Positions 1-12,974 of a DNA stretch of 64,000 bases are shown here, piece by piece. Under the pieces are notes generated by a model. It saw only the letters and a list, made by a program, of their open reading frames with translations, made no database searches and was not told the origin of the DNA. Source of the stretch: Eledone cirrhosa. Taxonomy: Eukaryota. Within the stretch, counting starts at the first letter, position 1, and each line of letters opens with the position of its first letter. The translations under genes and the position numbers were made by a program. Location: assembly GCA_964016885.1 (NCBI GenBank), contig OZ024756.1:38316001-38380000 (forward strand). The letters run 5' to 3'.

Positions 1-356
1 CCAAAATTGCTAGCCTTGTGCCTAAATCAGAAACCATTATTATGTCACAGTTAATATCATTTTAATAACCAGATATATTCGTAATGTGAAAACTAAAGAT
101 TTTATTTATTTATCGTGAATAATTCTGTACATAAATATAACAAAAAAGATTATAATTGAACAATATATTGAGAAGGGAGACTTGCTGACTCTTATAATGG
201 CTGGTCTTCCATAAACCACCCTGTCCAGTGTTGGACCTTGGTAGGGGAACTTTCCTCATGAAAGCCCATAATAAGTCATGACCAAAAGGGGACCTTTTAT
301 AATAGGTCCCCTTTGGGATATAAATAATTATTTATATCACTTCATGCTCAAACAGT

Positions 357-800
357 TATATATAGATTATGAAATAACTTGTTAATTTTCATGGCCAGCC
401 TTGCTAAAACATTTATATATCAAATATATAGATTATGAAATAACTTGTTAATTTTCATGGCCAGCCTTGCTAAAACATTTATATATCAAATATATAGATT
501 ATGAAATAACTTGTTAATTTTCATGGCTAGCCTTGCTAAAACATTGATATATCAAATATATAGATTATGAAATAACTTGTTAATTTTCATGGCTAGCCTT
601 GCTAAAACATTGATATATCAAATATATAGATTATGAAATAACTTGTTAATTTTCATGGCCAGCCTTGCTAAAACATTTATATATCAAATATATAGATTAT
701 GAAATAACTTGTTAATTTTCATGGCCAACCTTGCTAAAACATTTATATATCAAATATATAGATTATGAAATAACTTGTGGATTTTCATGGCTATTCTTAC
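357..800. repeat. 66-bp minisatellite, ~6.5 copies
   Basis: GATTATGAAATAACTTG recurs at 365, 431, 497, 563, 629, 695 and 761, then degenerates. Confidence 0.95.
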
Positions 801-1083
801 TAAACTACATCATATATACAGGTGATGTAATACATTGTTAATTTTCAAGGCTATTGTTGCTAAATCTGATTTTTTTAAATAGATTTATTGATTATTTTTA
901 AAATAATTTATTCAATTTTAAATTTTAAAGAGAAAGAAAATTTCATGCATATTTTTATGTCATAAAATCTCTCATTGACTTTTTTCATTTCAAAACAATT
1001 GTTAGTCTTTTCCAGGATCAAAAAGATTATATATATTTGCATGTGTGTATATATGTATGTGTGTGTGTGTGCATATATATATA

Positions 1084-1183
1084 AAGGGTGTTCCAAAAAG
1101 ATGTATACATACTTTGATTGCCTGTACAGGCAATATTTATTAGAATACTGTTGAAGTATGTTTACATTTTGGGGGGCACTCTG
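1084..1183. mobile_element. 100-bp Tc1/mariner-type MITE (decayed copy)
   Basis: Homologous to 17533-17632; ~30-bp imperfect TIRs; TA on both sides. Confidence 0.75.
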
Positions 1184-1378
1184 TATGTGTGTATATATAT
1201 ATATGTGTGTGTGTATGTGCATATATATATAGCGTTTTCCAGCATTGCATCTTTAACCTGTTTTGAAGAAGCAACTGCTACTACAGTTGACTCAGCCAGA
1301 TCTTAAACCATGTTAACCCCAGGCCTGATATGATGTGTTTTATATTACTGTTGGTATCAGAGAGCCAACCAAAAGTAA

Positions 1379-1482
<104 letters not shown>

Positions 1483-1510
1483 TTCTCTGTCTTAAGCCAG
1501 AAGTCTCATT

Positions 1511-1754
1511 TGGCCAGTGCTTATCCCAGTTTCATGGCATGAAGCGACTGAGAGTACAAGACTCCCCCCTGGACAGGACGCCAGTCTATCGCAGGGTTAA
1601 ACCTCCAGCTATTGCTGGTACTCATTTTCAGCTGAGTATACTGGAGCAACATGAAATGAAGTGTTTTGCTCAGGAACACAACACGCAACCCAGGAATCGA
1701 GCCCACGACATTATGATCGTAAGTCCAACACCCTTACCACTAGGCCACGTGCCT
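1511..1754 (-). mobile_element. tRNA-derived SINE with CORE-like centre, tail type a
   Basis: Minus strand: A box TGGCCTAGTGG, B-box-like GGCTCGATTCC, CORE-like TGTTGTGTTCCTGAGCAAAACACTTCATTTCA, then the tail ACCCTGCGATAGACTGGCGTCCTGTCCAGGGGGG...CGCTTCATGCCATGAAAC. Confidence 0.8.
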
Positions 1755-2049
1755 ACACATACATACATGCATGCACCTGTGTCCACTTTTTCCATTTCTA
1801 AGGTAATTTACCAAATTTTATCAGTTATTATCTTTAGTCATCAACGGCTATTAGTTGTTTTTTTTACATTTGGGACGTTCAAATTTTCAAATATATATAA
1901 TGTATGTGTATGTGGGCTGGGTGCTTTTTATCGTGTCACCTACACAACCACTTTACAGTGTGGACTGGGTGTTTTTTTTTTATCGTGACACCTACATGAC
2001 CACTTGCATGTAAATTAACATAGATCAATTTTGTATCAAACATATACTT

Positions 2050-2200
2050 TTCCCTGTAACACCACACATACCCCCTCCCGGCTGTAACACCACACATACC
2101 CCCTCCCGGCTGTAACATCACACATACCCCCTCCACACTGTAACACCATATGACTTCTCCCCTTCCATGTAACATCACAGATACCTCTGCCCCCTGTAAC
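2050..2200. repeat. ~28-30-bp degenerate minisatellite (CTGTAACACCACACATACCCCC...)
   Basis: About 5 imperfect copies. Confidence 0.8.
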
Positions 2201-2249
2201 ACAATGTATGCCTGCCCAGTCCTGCGTCGTTATTGAGTACATTGTGATG

Positions 2250-2448
2250 CTACCACTACTACCACCACCACCATCAATACCACTACTGCTACCTCCACCA
2301 CAACCCTTACTACCACTGCTACCATTACTATCAATACCATCTCCATTACTATCAATGCTACTACTGCCAATACCATCTCCACCAATACCATCACCGCCAC
2401 CTCCACTACTACTACTACTCCCACCACTACTACTACCATTACTATTAA

Positions 2449-2485
<37 letters not shown>
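2250..2485. repeat. (CTA/CCA)n trinucleotide low-complexity tract
   Basis: Direct inspection; explains the poly-L/P and poly-V ORFs. Confidence 0.95.
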
Positions 2486-4012
2486 TCAATGTATTGTAAG
2501 AAAGAAACATCTGCTTAAAGTTAGGGGAACATGTCTTTAATGTTGGGATAAAATTGAATGTTGAAAAACAAAGAGTTTGTAATAGTGTAGCATAATTGTT
2601 TACAAGTCTTATGTCCTGCTGTCTATTGTTATAGCTTTACAATCAATCTTTTTACATTGCATTCATTGGCAGAACAATACTATGGTCTGTTCTGTTAGAT
2701 ATTTTCATGGCCGCTTCACTAATGTCATTGGAAAAATTTTGAGAATCTAAAATATAAATCTTAACCCTTTTGTTGTTATCATAACTGTTTGTTTGTTACA
2801 GTCACTGTTGTTGTTAGATTTACTGTTTTCCCATTGGTGATGTCCCCTCTTCTTAACCCCTTTTTGTTATCATAACTGTTTGTTATAATCAGTTATTGTT
2901 AAACTTTGGTGATGTCCCCTTATCTTAACCTTTATATTGTTATCATAACTGTTTAGTTTATTACAGTAACTGTTATTGTTAAACTGACTGTTTTCCCTTT
3001 GATGATGTGCCCTCTTCTTAAACCCCTGTGACCAATAAAAATTGAAAAAAGCGTTATTATATTTCTAATGAAAGACTTTTGACTTTCAAATCATCTTGAA
3101 AATATTCAAGACTTTGTATGGATTTAGTAATATTACTTTTTCTTCACCCACTTATTCCTGAGAGGGTTGTGGGGACAGAGTCCTCAAACACTCCTTCCAG
3201 TGAGTCCTGTCAGAATATTGCTAATGTTCTTATTATTTATGTGTTGTTTGGAACATAACTTAAAGCTTCTTAGATAAAATTATGATGGAGGAGTTTAGTA
3301 ATATAATATTCTTATTAAGTTGGTGTTTGGAAGGTTACTTAACAAAGGAACTTACTTAAAATTATGATGAAAGGATTTTTAGATAAATATAAAAGCTTTA
3401 ACGCTTTTGGAAATAGTATTTCACTAGTTTCTTATGTTTACAGAGTGTACTGGGTGTGTTGTATCATGGCACCAGCACTACCACTTTAGAGTCTACTGGG
3501 AGTGTTATGACACCAACACTACTGATAGTAAAAATCAGATTCTATTGATCAACTGGTATCAATATCAGTTTTTACCGTGTCATTACTTCTCACTGATTGG
3601 AGATTAATTGGATAAGATTATTGATCTGATAAAGTTGATCTCTACTTACATCTTATTGGATTAGTTTTTCAGTTGTAAACCATTTGTATTTGTCTTGTTG
3701 TTAGTAAACTACCAAATGACTTAAAACTAGGAGTTCATCTTTAATTAGAAATTAATCCACATTATCATTATCAGGGTTCTTATGAATCATCATCATCGTC
3801 GTCATTGTCATCATCATAATAGTAAATATAGAGTAAATGTTAAAGGGTTAAAGGCATTTTCACTGTTAGAGCAGAAGTCAGTCATGTTGAAATCCCCTCC
3901 TCCTCTGTGGAGCTGTTTCTCAGGTAATTTTTAATGATTGGATGCCCTTTGTAGCATTAACCCTTTTAATTACCTCCTACAACACCTAGATATACAGGGT
4001 ACCTACTACTGT

Positions 4013-5385
4013 CTACAACACCCAGATATACAGTGAGCCTATTCTAGACCAGATATATAGACAGCCTACAACACCTAGATATACAGTGAGCCTATTCTAG
4101 ACCAGATATATAGACAGCCTACAACACCTAGATATACAGTGAGCCTATTCTAGACCAGATATATAGACAGCCTACAACACCCAGATATACAGTGAGCCTA
4201 TTCTAGACCAGATATATAGACAGCCTACAACACCTAGATATACAGTGAGCCTATTCTAGACCAGATATATAGACAGCCTACAACACCTAGATATACAGTG
4301 AGCCTATTCTAGACCAGATATATAGACAGCCTACAACACCTAGATATACAGTGAGCCTATTCTAGACCAGATATATAGACAGCCTACAACACCCAGATAT
4401 ACAGTGAGCCTATTCTAGACCAGATATATAGACAGCCTACAACACCTAGATATACAGTGAGCCTATTCTAGACCAGATATATAGACAGCCTACAACACCC
4501 AGATATACAGTGAGCCTATTCTAGACCAGATATATAGACAGCCTACAACACCTAGATATACAGTGAGCCTATTCTAGACCAGATATATAGACAGCCTACA
4601 ACACCTAGATATACAGTGAGCCTATTCTAGACCAGATATATAGACAGCCTACAACACCTAGATATACAGTGAGCCTATTCTAGACCAGATATATAGACAG
4701 CCTACAACACCCAGATATACAGTGAGCCTATTCTAGACCAGATATATAGACAGCCTACAACACCTAGATATACAGTGAGCCTATTCTAGACCAGATATAT
4801 AGACAGCCTACAACACCCAGATATACAGTGAGCCTATTCTAGACCAGATATATAGACAGCCTACAACACCCAGATATACAGTGAGCCTATTCTAGACCAG
4901 ATATATAGACAGCCTACAACACCTAGATATACAGTGAGCCTATTCTAGACCAGATATATAGACAGCCTACAACACCTAGATATACAGTGAGCCTATTCTA
5001 GACCAGATATATAGACAGCCTACAACACCCAGATATACAGTGAGCCTATTCTAGACCAGATATATAGACAGCCTACAACACCTAGATATACAGTGAGCCT
5101 ATTCTAGACCAGATATATAGACAGCCTACAACACCCAGATATACAGTGAGCCTATTCTAGACCAGATATATAGACAGCCTACAACACCTAGATATACAGT
5201 GAGCCTATTCTAGACCAGATATATAGACAGCCTACAACACCTAGATATACAGTGAGCCTATTCTAGACCAGATATATAGACAGCCTACAACACCCAGATA
5301 TACAGTGAGCCTATTCTAGACCAGATATATAGACAGCCTACAACACCTAGATATACAGTGAGCCTATTCTAGACCAGATATATAG
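4013..5385. repeat. 53-bp minisatellite, 26 copies
   Basis: Unit CCTACAACACCYAGATATACAGTGAGCCTATTCTAGACCAGATATATAGACAG; CAGTGAG at 4031 + 53n up to 5356. Confidence 0.98.
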
Positions 5386-5923
5386 AGAGAACATTTTGAA
5401 AATCAATCGATCAGATATAAATCTACTCAATTCAAGGCCTGATTGATACATCCCAGACTGAATTGATTTTTTTAATGTTGGCAGATATTTTATTTTGCTC
5501 TTGTGATTTGTTATAGTTTGATCTAAAAATGTCACACATATGTCACATTGCCATCATAGCTTTGATCTCTTTCTAAATTGATCTTAATATATACACGTGT
5601 GTCTGTGTGTGTTTGAAATTGATTTAGAAGCTTTCCAACATATTTTGACCCCCCCCCCCCACACACACACACAAAAAAAACTGGCATTAGCATGCATGCT
5701 GATTGCCCAGTTTTTTTTTATTTTATTTTTATTTTTTTCCTTGTTACGGGGGGCTTGTATGCCCTATTATTAGACTATTTTTTGTCGCACCTCTTACTGC
5801 CAATCTCTTCCACCCGACCGGAACATGGGTAGCCTGCAGGGGGGGGGGGGGGGGGGGGGGCTGTTGCAGTGGGTGTCGCTGACTATTGCCCACCGGCTGC
5901 AGCCCCAACACTATTCAGCACAA

Positions 5924-6205
5924 CTGTAGGTAATTGCTCAATACATCTGTAGGTCACTACTCAATACATCTGTAGGTCACTACTCAATACATCTGAAGGC
6001 CACTGCTCAATACATCTGTAGGTCACTGCTCAATACATCTGTAGGTCACTGCTCTATACATCTGAAGGCCACTGCTCAATACATCTGTAGGTCACTACTC
6101 AGTACATTTGTAGGTCACTGCTCAATACATCTGTAGGTCACTACTCAGTACATTTGTAGGTCACTGCTCAATACATTTGTAGGTCACTACTCAATACATC
6201 TGTAT
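5924..6205. repeat. 23-bp minisatellite, ~12 copies
   Basis: Unit CTGTAGGTCACTRCTCAATACAT at 5947, 5970 and onward. Confidence 0.95.
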
Positions 6206-6914
6206 TATCATAGAATACCTTGTGTTGTTCTAGGTCTCTATACACTGAGTTCAAACCCCACTGATGTCAACTTTGTTTTTCATCCATTCAGTGTCAGTAA
6301 AGTATCCTCTGGTTTCAGAGTTTATCCTTTTGCTAGTAGTTCTGACAACCTAGTGCTAGAAAACACCAAAACCAGAAATATTTTATATATCTATTTATGA
6401 CTGTAACAACAATTATATAATATATATATGTGTGTGTGGTATCTATAATAGGTGTGTGCATGTGTTCTCAATAATATATGTATGTATGTGCATGTGGTAT
6501 CTATAAGATGTGTGTATGTATGTGCATGTATTATCTATAATATATGTATGTATGTGCATGTATTTATAATATATGCATGTATGTGCATGTGGTATCTATA
6601 AGATGTGTGTATGTATGTGCATGTATTATCTATAATATATGTATGTGCATGTGGTGTCTATAATATGTGTATGTGTTATCTATAATATATATGTGTATGT
6701 ATGTGGTATCTATAATATATATGTGTATGTATGTGGTATCTATAATATGTGTTATCTATCTATGTATAACAATAATTATAGTGTGTCTATGTTATCTATG
6801 TGTGACAACAACAACAATTCTAATGTATATGTGTTATGTGTTATTTAGCTAATGTTCTTTGAAATATCTGAAAGTTATTCTAAAATATCCTGATAGTGAT
6901 CTTCTTAAATCACA

Positions 6915-7080
6915 ATACCAACACCACCAACACCACCAACACCACCAACACCACCACCATTAACACCACCTCCACCACCACCATTAACACCACCACCACC
7001 ATTAACACCATCACCATCACCACCACTAACACCACCACCAACACCAACATCACCACCACCACCACCAACACCACTACCAT
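6915..7080. repeat. (CAC/CAA)n trinucleotide tract
   Basis: Direct inspection. Confidence 0.95.
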
Positions 7081-7342
7081 AGTAAATGTGTTATATGAAA
7101 TATTGTAATTACAGCTGAAAGACATAATATTAGTGTTTCTTGGTAATTTCACCATTCTCTGAGTAGATAAAATATTCTTGTCTTTGATGTGAATTTCTTG
7201 GAATTCTTACATAAATTTTTTTTTATTTCTTCTTTCTTTCCTTCCTTCCATTTTCATGAAACATCTATATCTATCTCTCTCACTTTCTCTTTCTCTCTCT
7301 CTATATATATATATATCTATCTCTCTGTCTCTCTCTCTCTTA

Positions 7343-7380
<38 letters not shown>

Positions 7381-7629
7381 TAATGTGTAAAGTCTATAAT
7401 GAAAAACAATACACAGTGGAATGATACATTACCATAACGACTAATATATATATTAGTTTAACACTTGGTAACATGGGGAAAAGTGTCTTAATGTTTCGGA
7501 CATTAGTCCTTCATTAAAAGATAAAATGAGATTTAAAAAAGAAAATAGAAGGGTAGACGAGAGGAAGAATTTGAAAAAAAAAGACTGTTTATAGAATGAA
7601 AGCACATGTGCCTTTACTCAAAGAAAGTC

Positions 7630-7920
7630 TAGGTGTCACAACAAAAAGCACCCAGTGCACACTGTAAAGTTGTCCTGTAGGTGTCACGACAAAAAGCACC
7701 CAGTGCACACTGTAAAGTTGTCCTGTAGGTGTCACGACAAAAAGCACCCAGTATTCACTGTAAATGAGGTTGTCATTAAGGAAGGCATCTAGCTGTAGAA
7801 ACCAAGCCCAAATCAGTTCTGTTTGAGCAAGACATGGTCATCTGACCTGGCATTGCCCACAACAGGACAACTCATCTAACCCATGCCAGCATGGAAAAAT
7901 AGACGTAAACCGGTGATGCT
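7630..7920 (+). mobile_element. RTE LINE 3'-UTR fragment with triplicated internal module
   Basis: Matches the 3' UTR at 25440-25720 and 61140-61390; ends AACCCATGCCAGCATGGAA...GATG. Confidence 0.85.
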
Positions 7921-8029
7921 GGGGTACTACCTTGATTTAGTCAATCACATTGACCCCTCCCCCCTATTTATTTGCTTGTGTATGGTAATTTTTGTTGTTG
8001 TTTTCAAACCTCTAACTTTCGGGACATAA

Positions 8030-8060
<31 letters not shown>

Positions 8061-8317
8061 AATAAAAATGTGAGAGTCCCAAGCATAGAAAATAACTAAT
8101 AAATTAATCACTATAAATATTTGAGAAATTTTAATAAATTACCATTACACACTAGACAGAGGTGCTTACTAGGAATTTTCAAAAACTCTGTTCTTCAATA
8201 ATTCACTCATAAAAACAATGTACCATAAAGCAGGATTGAACCCAAAAGTGCATGGTTGTAAAATAAACTCCTTAACCACACAGCTATCATCATCCTTTTA
8301 CATCCACTTTTACATAA

Positions 8318-8730
8318 GGGGCGGATGGAGGCTCCGTAAACCGTAGTGTTGGCAACCCGTCTAGGAGAGCTACCACTCCAAATAAATTGGTGCGGGGTAC
8401 AGAAGTCCCCTAAGTCCAGTAAGACAACTTCCTAGTGCTGGTGGCATTAATAAAAGCACCCAGTCCATGCTATAAAGTGGTGCTGGTGTTAGGAAGGGCA
8501 TCCAACCAGTATATATACTCCTGCCAAAAACTATGAGCACAACAAATGAGAATAGAATGATTTTCCCTGCTTGCCTATTTGTAGAAACCATACCAAAATT
8601 GTAACATTTGTAAGTTAAACATAGGACCCCTGGTCTGTGAACAGAGTAGCTTCAATTAAGTACTGACTTTGTCTAACAATATATTCAACCGATGACAGCA
8701 TGGGAAAATAGACATTAATTGATGATGATT
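8318..8730 (+). mobile_element. Decayed RTE-derived non-autonomous element (RTE 5'-UTR-like piece + 3' UTR)
   Basis: GGCAACCCGTCTAGGAGA-like motif, then GTTAGGAAGGGCATCC and a decayed CCATG..CATGG/(GAT)n tail. Confidence 0.55.
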
Positions 8731-9242
8731 TTTACATAACTTATTTAATATGTTGCTTTTATTTCAAATTAAATATTTGTATAAATTTCTTTATTTGGAA
8801 CAGATTTCCAATGGTGACTACATCCTGTTCTTCTGTGTCTCACTCTCTGTGCCTCTCTCAGGTGAGTTAACAATTAGTTCTATTTGAATGTCTTACTCAT
8901 TTAATGTTTATGCTGACATCAAACATAATTTTATCACCTATGTGTGTGTGCACGTATATATATATATATATACACACACACATACATGCACACACAGTAT
9001 ATGTGACCAAGAAAATTTAAAGCTCAATATGATTTTATAGTCCCCAACATGTTGAGTAATAAACTATCTAAAGTTTAATCCATTGGGCAATTTCCAACCA
9101 CAGTAGTATATGTCTGTTATTATATATATGTATGTATATGTGTATAATATATATGTATAAGTATATATAAACCCGTAGAGCAAATATTTATTATTTGTAC
9201 AGATTAAAACTTTAATCTGTATAAATATATATATATATATAT

Positions 9243-9400
9243 ATGACTGTGTGGTTAAGGAGTTTGCAAGCATGTGGTTTTATATTTAGCCCCACAGCTT
9301 GGCATCATGGGCAAATGTTTTTACTATGACCTGGTGTTGAGCAATGTCATATAAGAGGAATTTGGTAGACAAAAACCTGCAGAAGCCTGTTGTGTCTGTC
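9243..9400 (+). mobile_element. Decayed tRNA/CORE-like SINE, tail type d (another piece at 27597-27680, minus)
   Basis: A-box-like TGACTGTGTGGTTAAG, TGGGCAAATGT, tail GAATTTGGTAGAC...AGAAGCC. Confidence 0.55.
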
Positions 9401-9739
9401 TGTGAGAATACACACACACACATATATATATATACACGTGTGTGTGTGTATGCGTATATGAGTGTATGTCTGTTCCCCAGCCTAATAAGTATAATCAATA
9501 AAAGAGTAATTCATAATTTTCAAAAGAAATATTCTAAACTTAAAAGAATAAAACATTTCTTCTTTGTTGTTATTATTGTGTTCGTCTTTGGCAATCTAAT
9601 TGTGGGTTATTTTTATTGAATGTCTTATGTTTTTATTGAAATTATATATTTGTCAACACGTATTTCTTACTAATACAGGATATTGATACAAAACAAAAAA
9701 AAAAAACACTCTTTGTATAACACATATATGATTTAATGA

Positions 9740-10500
9740 CTTAACGTTTTGTTACCAAATTTCTAAAGAAATAAATACACTACTTACTTGTTTCAAATTA
9801 TGAAAATAATGAAGAATTTGAAAGGATTTAATAATATAATTAACTTTCTCACTGTTAAGCTGCTGTTTGGAATATAACTTGAAGGTTCTCACATAATATT
9901 ATGATGGAAGGTTTTGTTGGGTTTTTTTTTTTTTAAGATAAATATAAACACTTTAACCCTTTTGTTACCATATTTCTAATGAAAGATACTGTGTATGGTT
10001 TTCAAATCATTTTGAAAATAATCATGAATTTAGAGATATATTATAAAATAACTAACTTGTCCATTATTAATCTGATGTTTAGAATAATACATAACAAACA
10101 TTCTAATATAAAATTATGATGGAATGATATAATATAAATATGAACACTTTAAAATTGTTTTGTATCGCAGTACTAGAGACATATTTCAGGTGGTTTGATG
10201 CCAAAAGATGTTTAAACATTTTTATATAGAAAATAGCTTACTAGGCCCAACTAATGCAGTTTATTCTTTCATTACCATATTTCTAATGAAAGACACTACA
10301 TGTGACTTTTAATTAATTTTGGAAAAAACGGAAAATTTTGAGGAACTTAGTAAAATAACTGACTTCCTTATTTTTAAGCCAGTGTTTGGAACACAACATC
10401 AAAATTTTCGAATATAAAATTATGATGGAAGTTTTAAATTTACATATAAACTATCAGTTTTGTATCCTAGAACCAGGAGTAGTTTGGTATGAGAAGAGAT
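9740..10500 (+). mobile_element. Three tandem decayed copies of an AT-rich piggyBac-type MITE
   Basis: Each begins TTAACCCTTT(T)GTTACCATATTTCTAATGAA-like and contains TTAAGCTGGTGTTTGGAA and TTATGATGGAA. More copies lie near 3020-3400, 11110-11290, 18038-18555, 23370-23860, 28250-29700 and 53030-53100. Confidence 0.7.
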
Positions 10501-10597
10501 AAATGTAGTCAAACTTTTCAATGTCTTAAATTGGGTAGGTTCTGTCAGTTAAGTTTTACTTAAGGGAAAAGAAAGTGAAAATATTTTTTGTATCTAT

Positions 10598-11100
10598 CAT
10601 CATCATCATCATCATTGCACCCACCTATGTGTGCTTGCATGGGTTGGATGGGTCTTCCTTAGCATACCATCTTGTTATTTGTTGCATTCCTTTGTGAGGT
10701 TCAACATGTGACCAGTTTTCACCAATTCTGCCCAAGTTTTCCTTGTTACTTGGCTTTCTGGCTTCCCTCCACTTGGACCTCCTGACATTTCTTTACATAA
10801 CCTCCTTCGTCCATATGCATTATATGTGGATACCACCACAGCCTTCTCTCCAATACTGTGTCCTGCTATTTTTCATTCCTTTGTTGTCTCCCTTATAAGA
10901 TTCACCCTTCTGAGATCAGCTCTTCTCACCACTTCTACCCAGGTCTTCCTCAGTCTTTCACTTCTGCAACTGCCCTCCACCTGTTACATTCCTTCATTAG
11001 TTCTCACTACTTCTCTCAGTCTTACTCTTCTACAGCTGTCTTAATACTTAGAGATCCTATCACTTTTTCATTCATGCTCATCATAGCACAACTTTCTCTC
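10598..11100 (-). mobile_element. Old RTE 3'-end fragments
   Basis: (CAT)n tail, GCTTGCATGGGTTGG terminus, decayed RRL.W..H C-terminal coding remnant. Confidence 0.65.
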
Positions 11101-12032
11101 TTTTTTAGTGTGATTTAGTTGATATAACTAACTTTCTCGTTATTAAGCTGGTGTTTAGAAAGAACATAAATTAACAATTTGTTCTTGCATAGAATTACAA
11201 TGGAATATTTTAAAATAGATATAAACACTTTAAAATAAATAGCTTTGAAGCAGGGGAAGTTTCACACAGTTTAGTATCAAAAAGAAAATTTTACGTAAGT
11301 TGATAATAAATAAAATATATATTTTTAAATTTCAGTTTTCTGTTGTCAGAGTGTTACTATTGATATCAAGGGATTTAGTCAAATTTACTCTCTATCTATG
11401 TCACTTGTGATTTTAATAAAAGGTGTATGTGAACCTATATACAATATGTTTATGTCTAATAAATGGTATGATTTATATGAAGTATTGTGAGATATGTGAT
11501 TAAAAAATGTATTGGGAAAGCCAGTACAATGTAAGAAATAGAATGGTGGAACTAGAGTAAAGTAAGAATGATAAAACAATATTTCATAATATTTCAAGGT
11601 TAAAAGCTCTTTCTCGAAGGAAGAATAAAGAAAAGTCTTGTTCTTACGAACTATTCTTTGTTGTGTGACTGACTGTATAATAAACATGCACATTTAGTCC
11701 CTCTATGTATTATAAGCTGTGATCATGTCTCAGCTACTTCAGCACCTGTGTTAAGAGCACTGTATACATGTATTTCAGAGATATTATCCATCATCAGCAA
11801 TGCTTACTACGCTCCAGTCCACTCAACTAAATATTAGTGCCAGTAGTAGCTGAGGTCAGGGTGGATATGGGGGTTAACTCAACAACATACTGGTGTCTCA
11901 TCTTGTACTCTCAGTTGCCCAATGTCACATGAAACCAGAACAAACTCTGACCTTCATCTAAGCTCTGCCAGCAAAGAAAAATGAACATAAATCTAAAGAT
12001 GACTTTATTGTTATTAAGCTGCTGTTTTTTGG

Positions 12033-12108
<76 letters not shown>

Positions 12109-12181
12109 GGTGTTGGATGCTTAAAACGTCCGTATGCGGTAGGCCGTATGAGCACTCGATACTCTCGTAGAGCAGAGTATG

Positions 12182-12340
12182 ATATCACAGAAAAAAATAT
12201 AATCAGTGTTGCAACGAATGGAATTTATTGGACATATTACAATGGTTTCTCTTGCTTCCCAGCTCGAGCTGGTCGCCAGGGAAACCATTGTAATATGTCC
12301 AATAAATTCCATTCGTCGCAACACTGATTATATTTTTTCT

Positions 12341-12347
<7 letters not shown>
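12182..12347. mobile_element. 166-bp near-perfect palindromic MITE-like element
   Basis: ATATCACAGAAAAAAATATAATCAGTGTTGC... is the reverse complement of ...GCAACACTGATTATATTTTTTCTGTGATAT; centre CCAGCTCGAGCTGG; next to (TA)n. Confidence 0.85.
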
Positions 12348-12398
<51 letters not shown>

Positions 12399-12734
12399 GA
12401 CCCATATCTTCTGTCTGATGGCACTTTAAACCCAGTGGAGATCATTCCCCCCTCTCTTGGTCTGAGCACAGATGATTTCAACCAGTGAAGAATCAACCCC
12501 AATACTAGACTGGTGCTTTTTTAATTGACATCAAAATAAATAAGTACCAGTTCAGAGTCGGTGACAGAATTGTTAAAGAATCGGACCAAGATGTTTTTCA
12601 GTATCTAATCCAGCTCTGTGTGTTCTGAGTCCAAATCCCATCATCTCCTGCTAAGATTTACTACTGGAAGTGAAAAGACTAATGGAAACATTGTTTCCCT
12701 GGTTCAATCTGGTAATCAGCTCCTCCTTGGTCAT

Positions 12735-12974
12735 CTTATCTCCCATACACTAACCTCCGATAGGTTTGTGGTTGTACCTTTGGCAGTGGAGACTTTTGGT
12801 GTCCTCGGCCCTAGGGCTAACTCCCTACTCAACACCATAGGCGCTGAGCTGGCCAGCTGCAGGTGTGAGTCTCGCAAGCTGGAATGGCTTTTCCAGTGTG
12901 TCTCCCTTACCGTCCTCCGAGGAAACGCCTTCTCCATCCTGTCCGGCGGGGCTGTGGGGAAGCCACCAATATGA
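12735..12974 (+). mobile_element. 3' end of a CRE-like (restriction-like endonuclease) non-LTR retrotransposon
   Basis: Peptide FVVVPLAVETFGVLGP...WLFQCVSLTVLRGNAFSIL matches the C-terminal FxPxAxETxG...FQRxSxxxQRGNA signature of CRE-clade elements. Confidence 0.75.

Noticed and set aside
4013-5385. CRISPR-like array
   Set aside because: Units are contiguous with no unique spacers, there are no cas genes, and the context is eukaryotic. The same applies to the 43-, 66-, 69- and 502-bp arrays.
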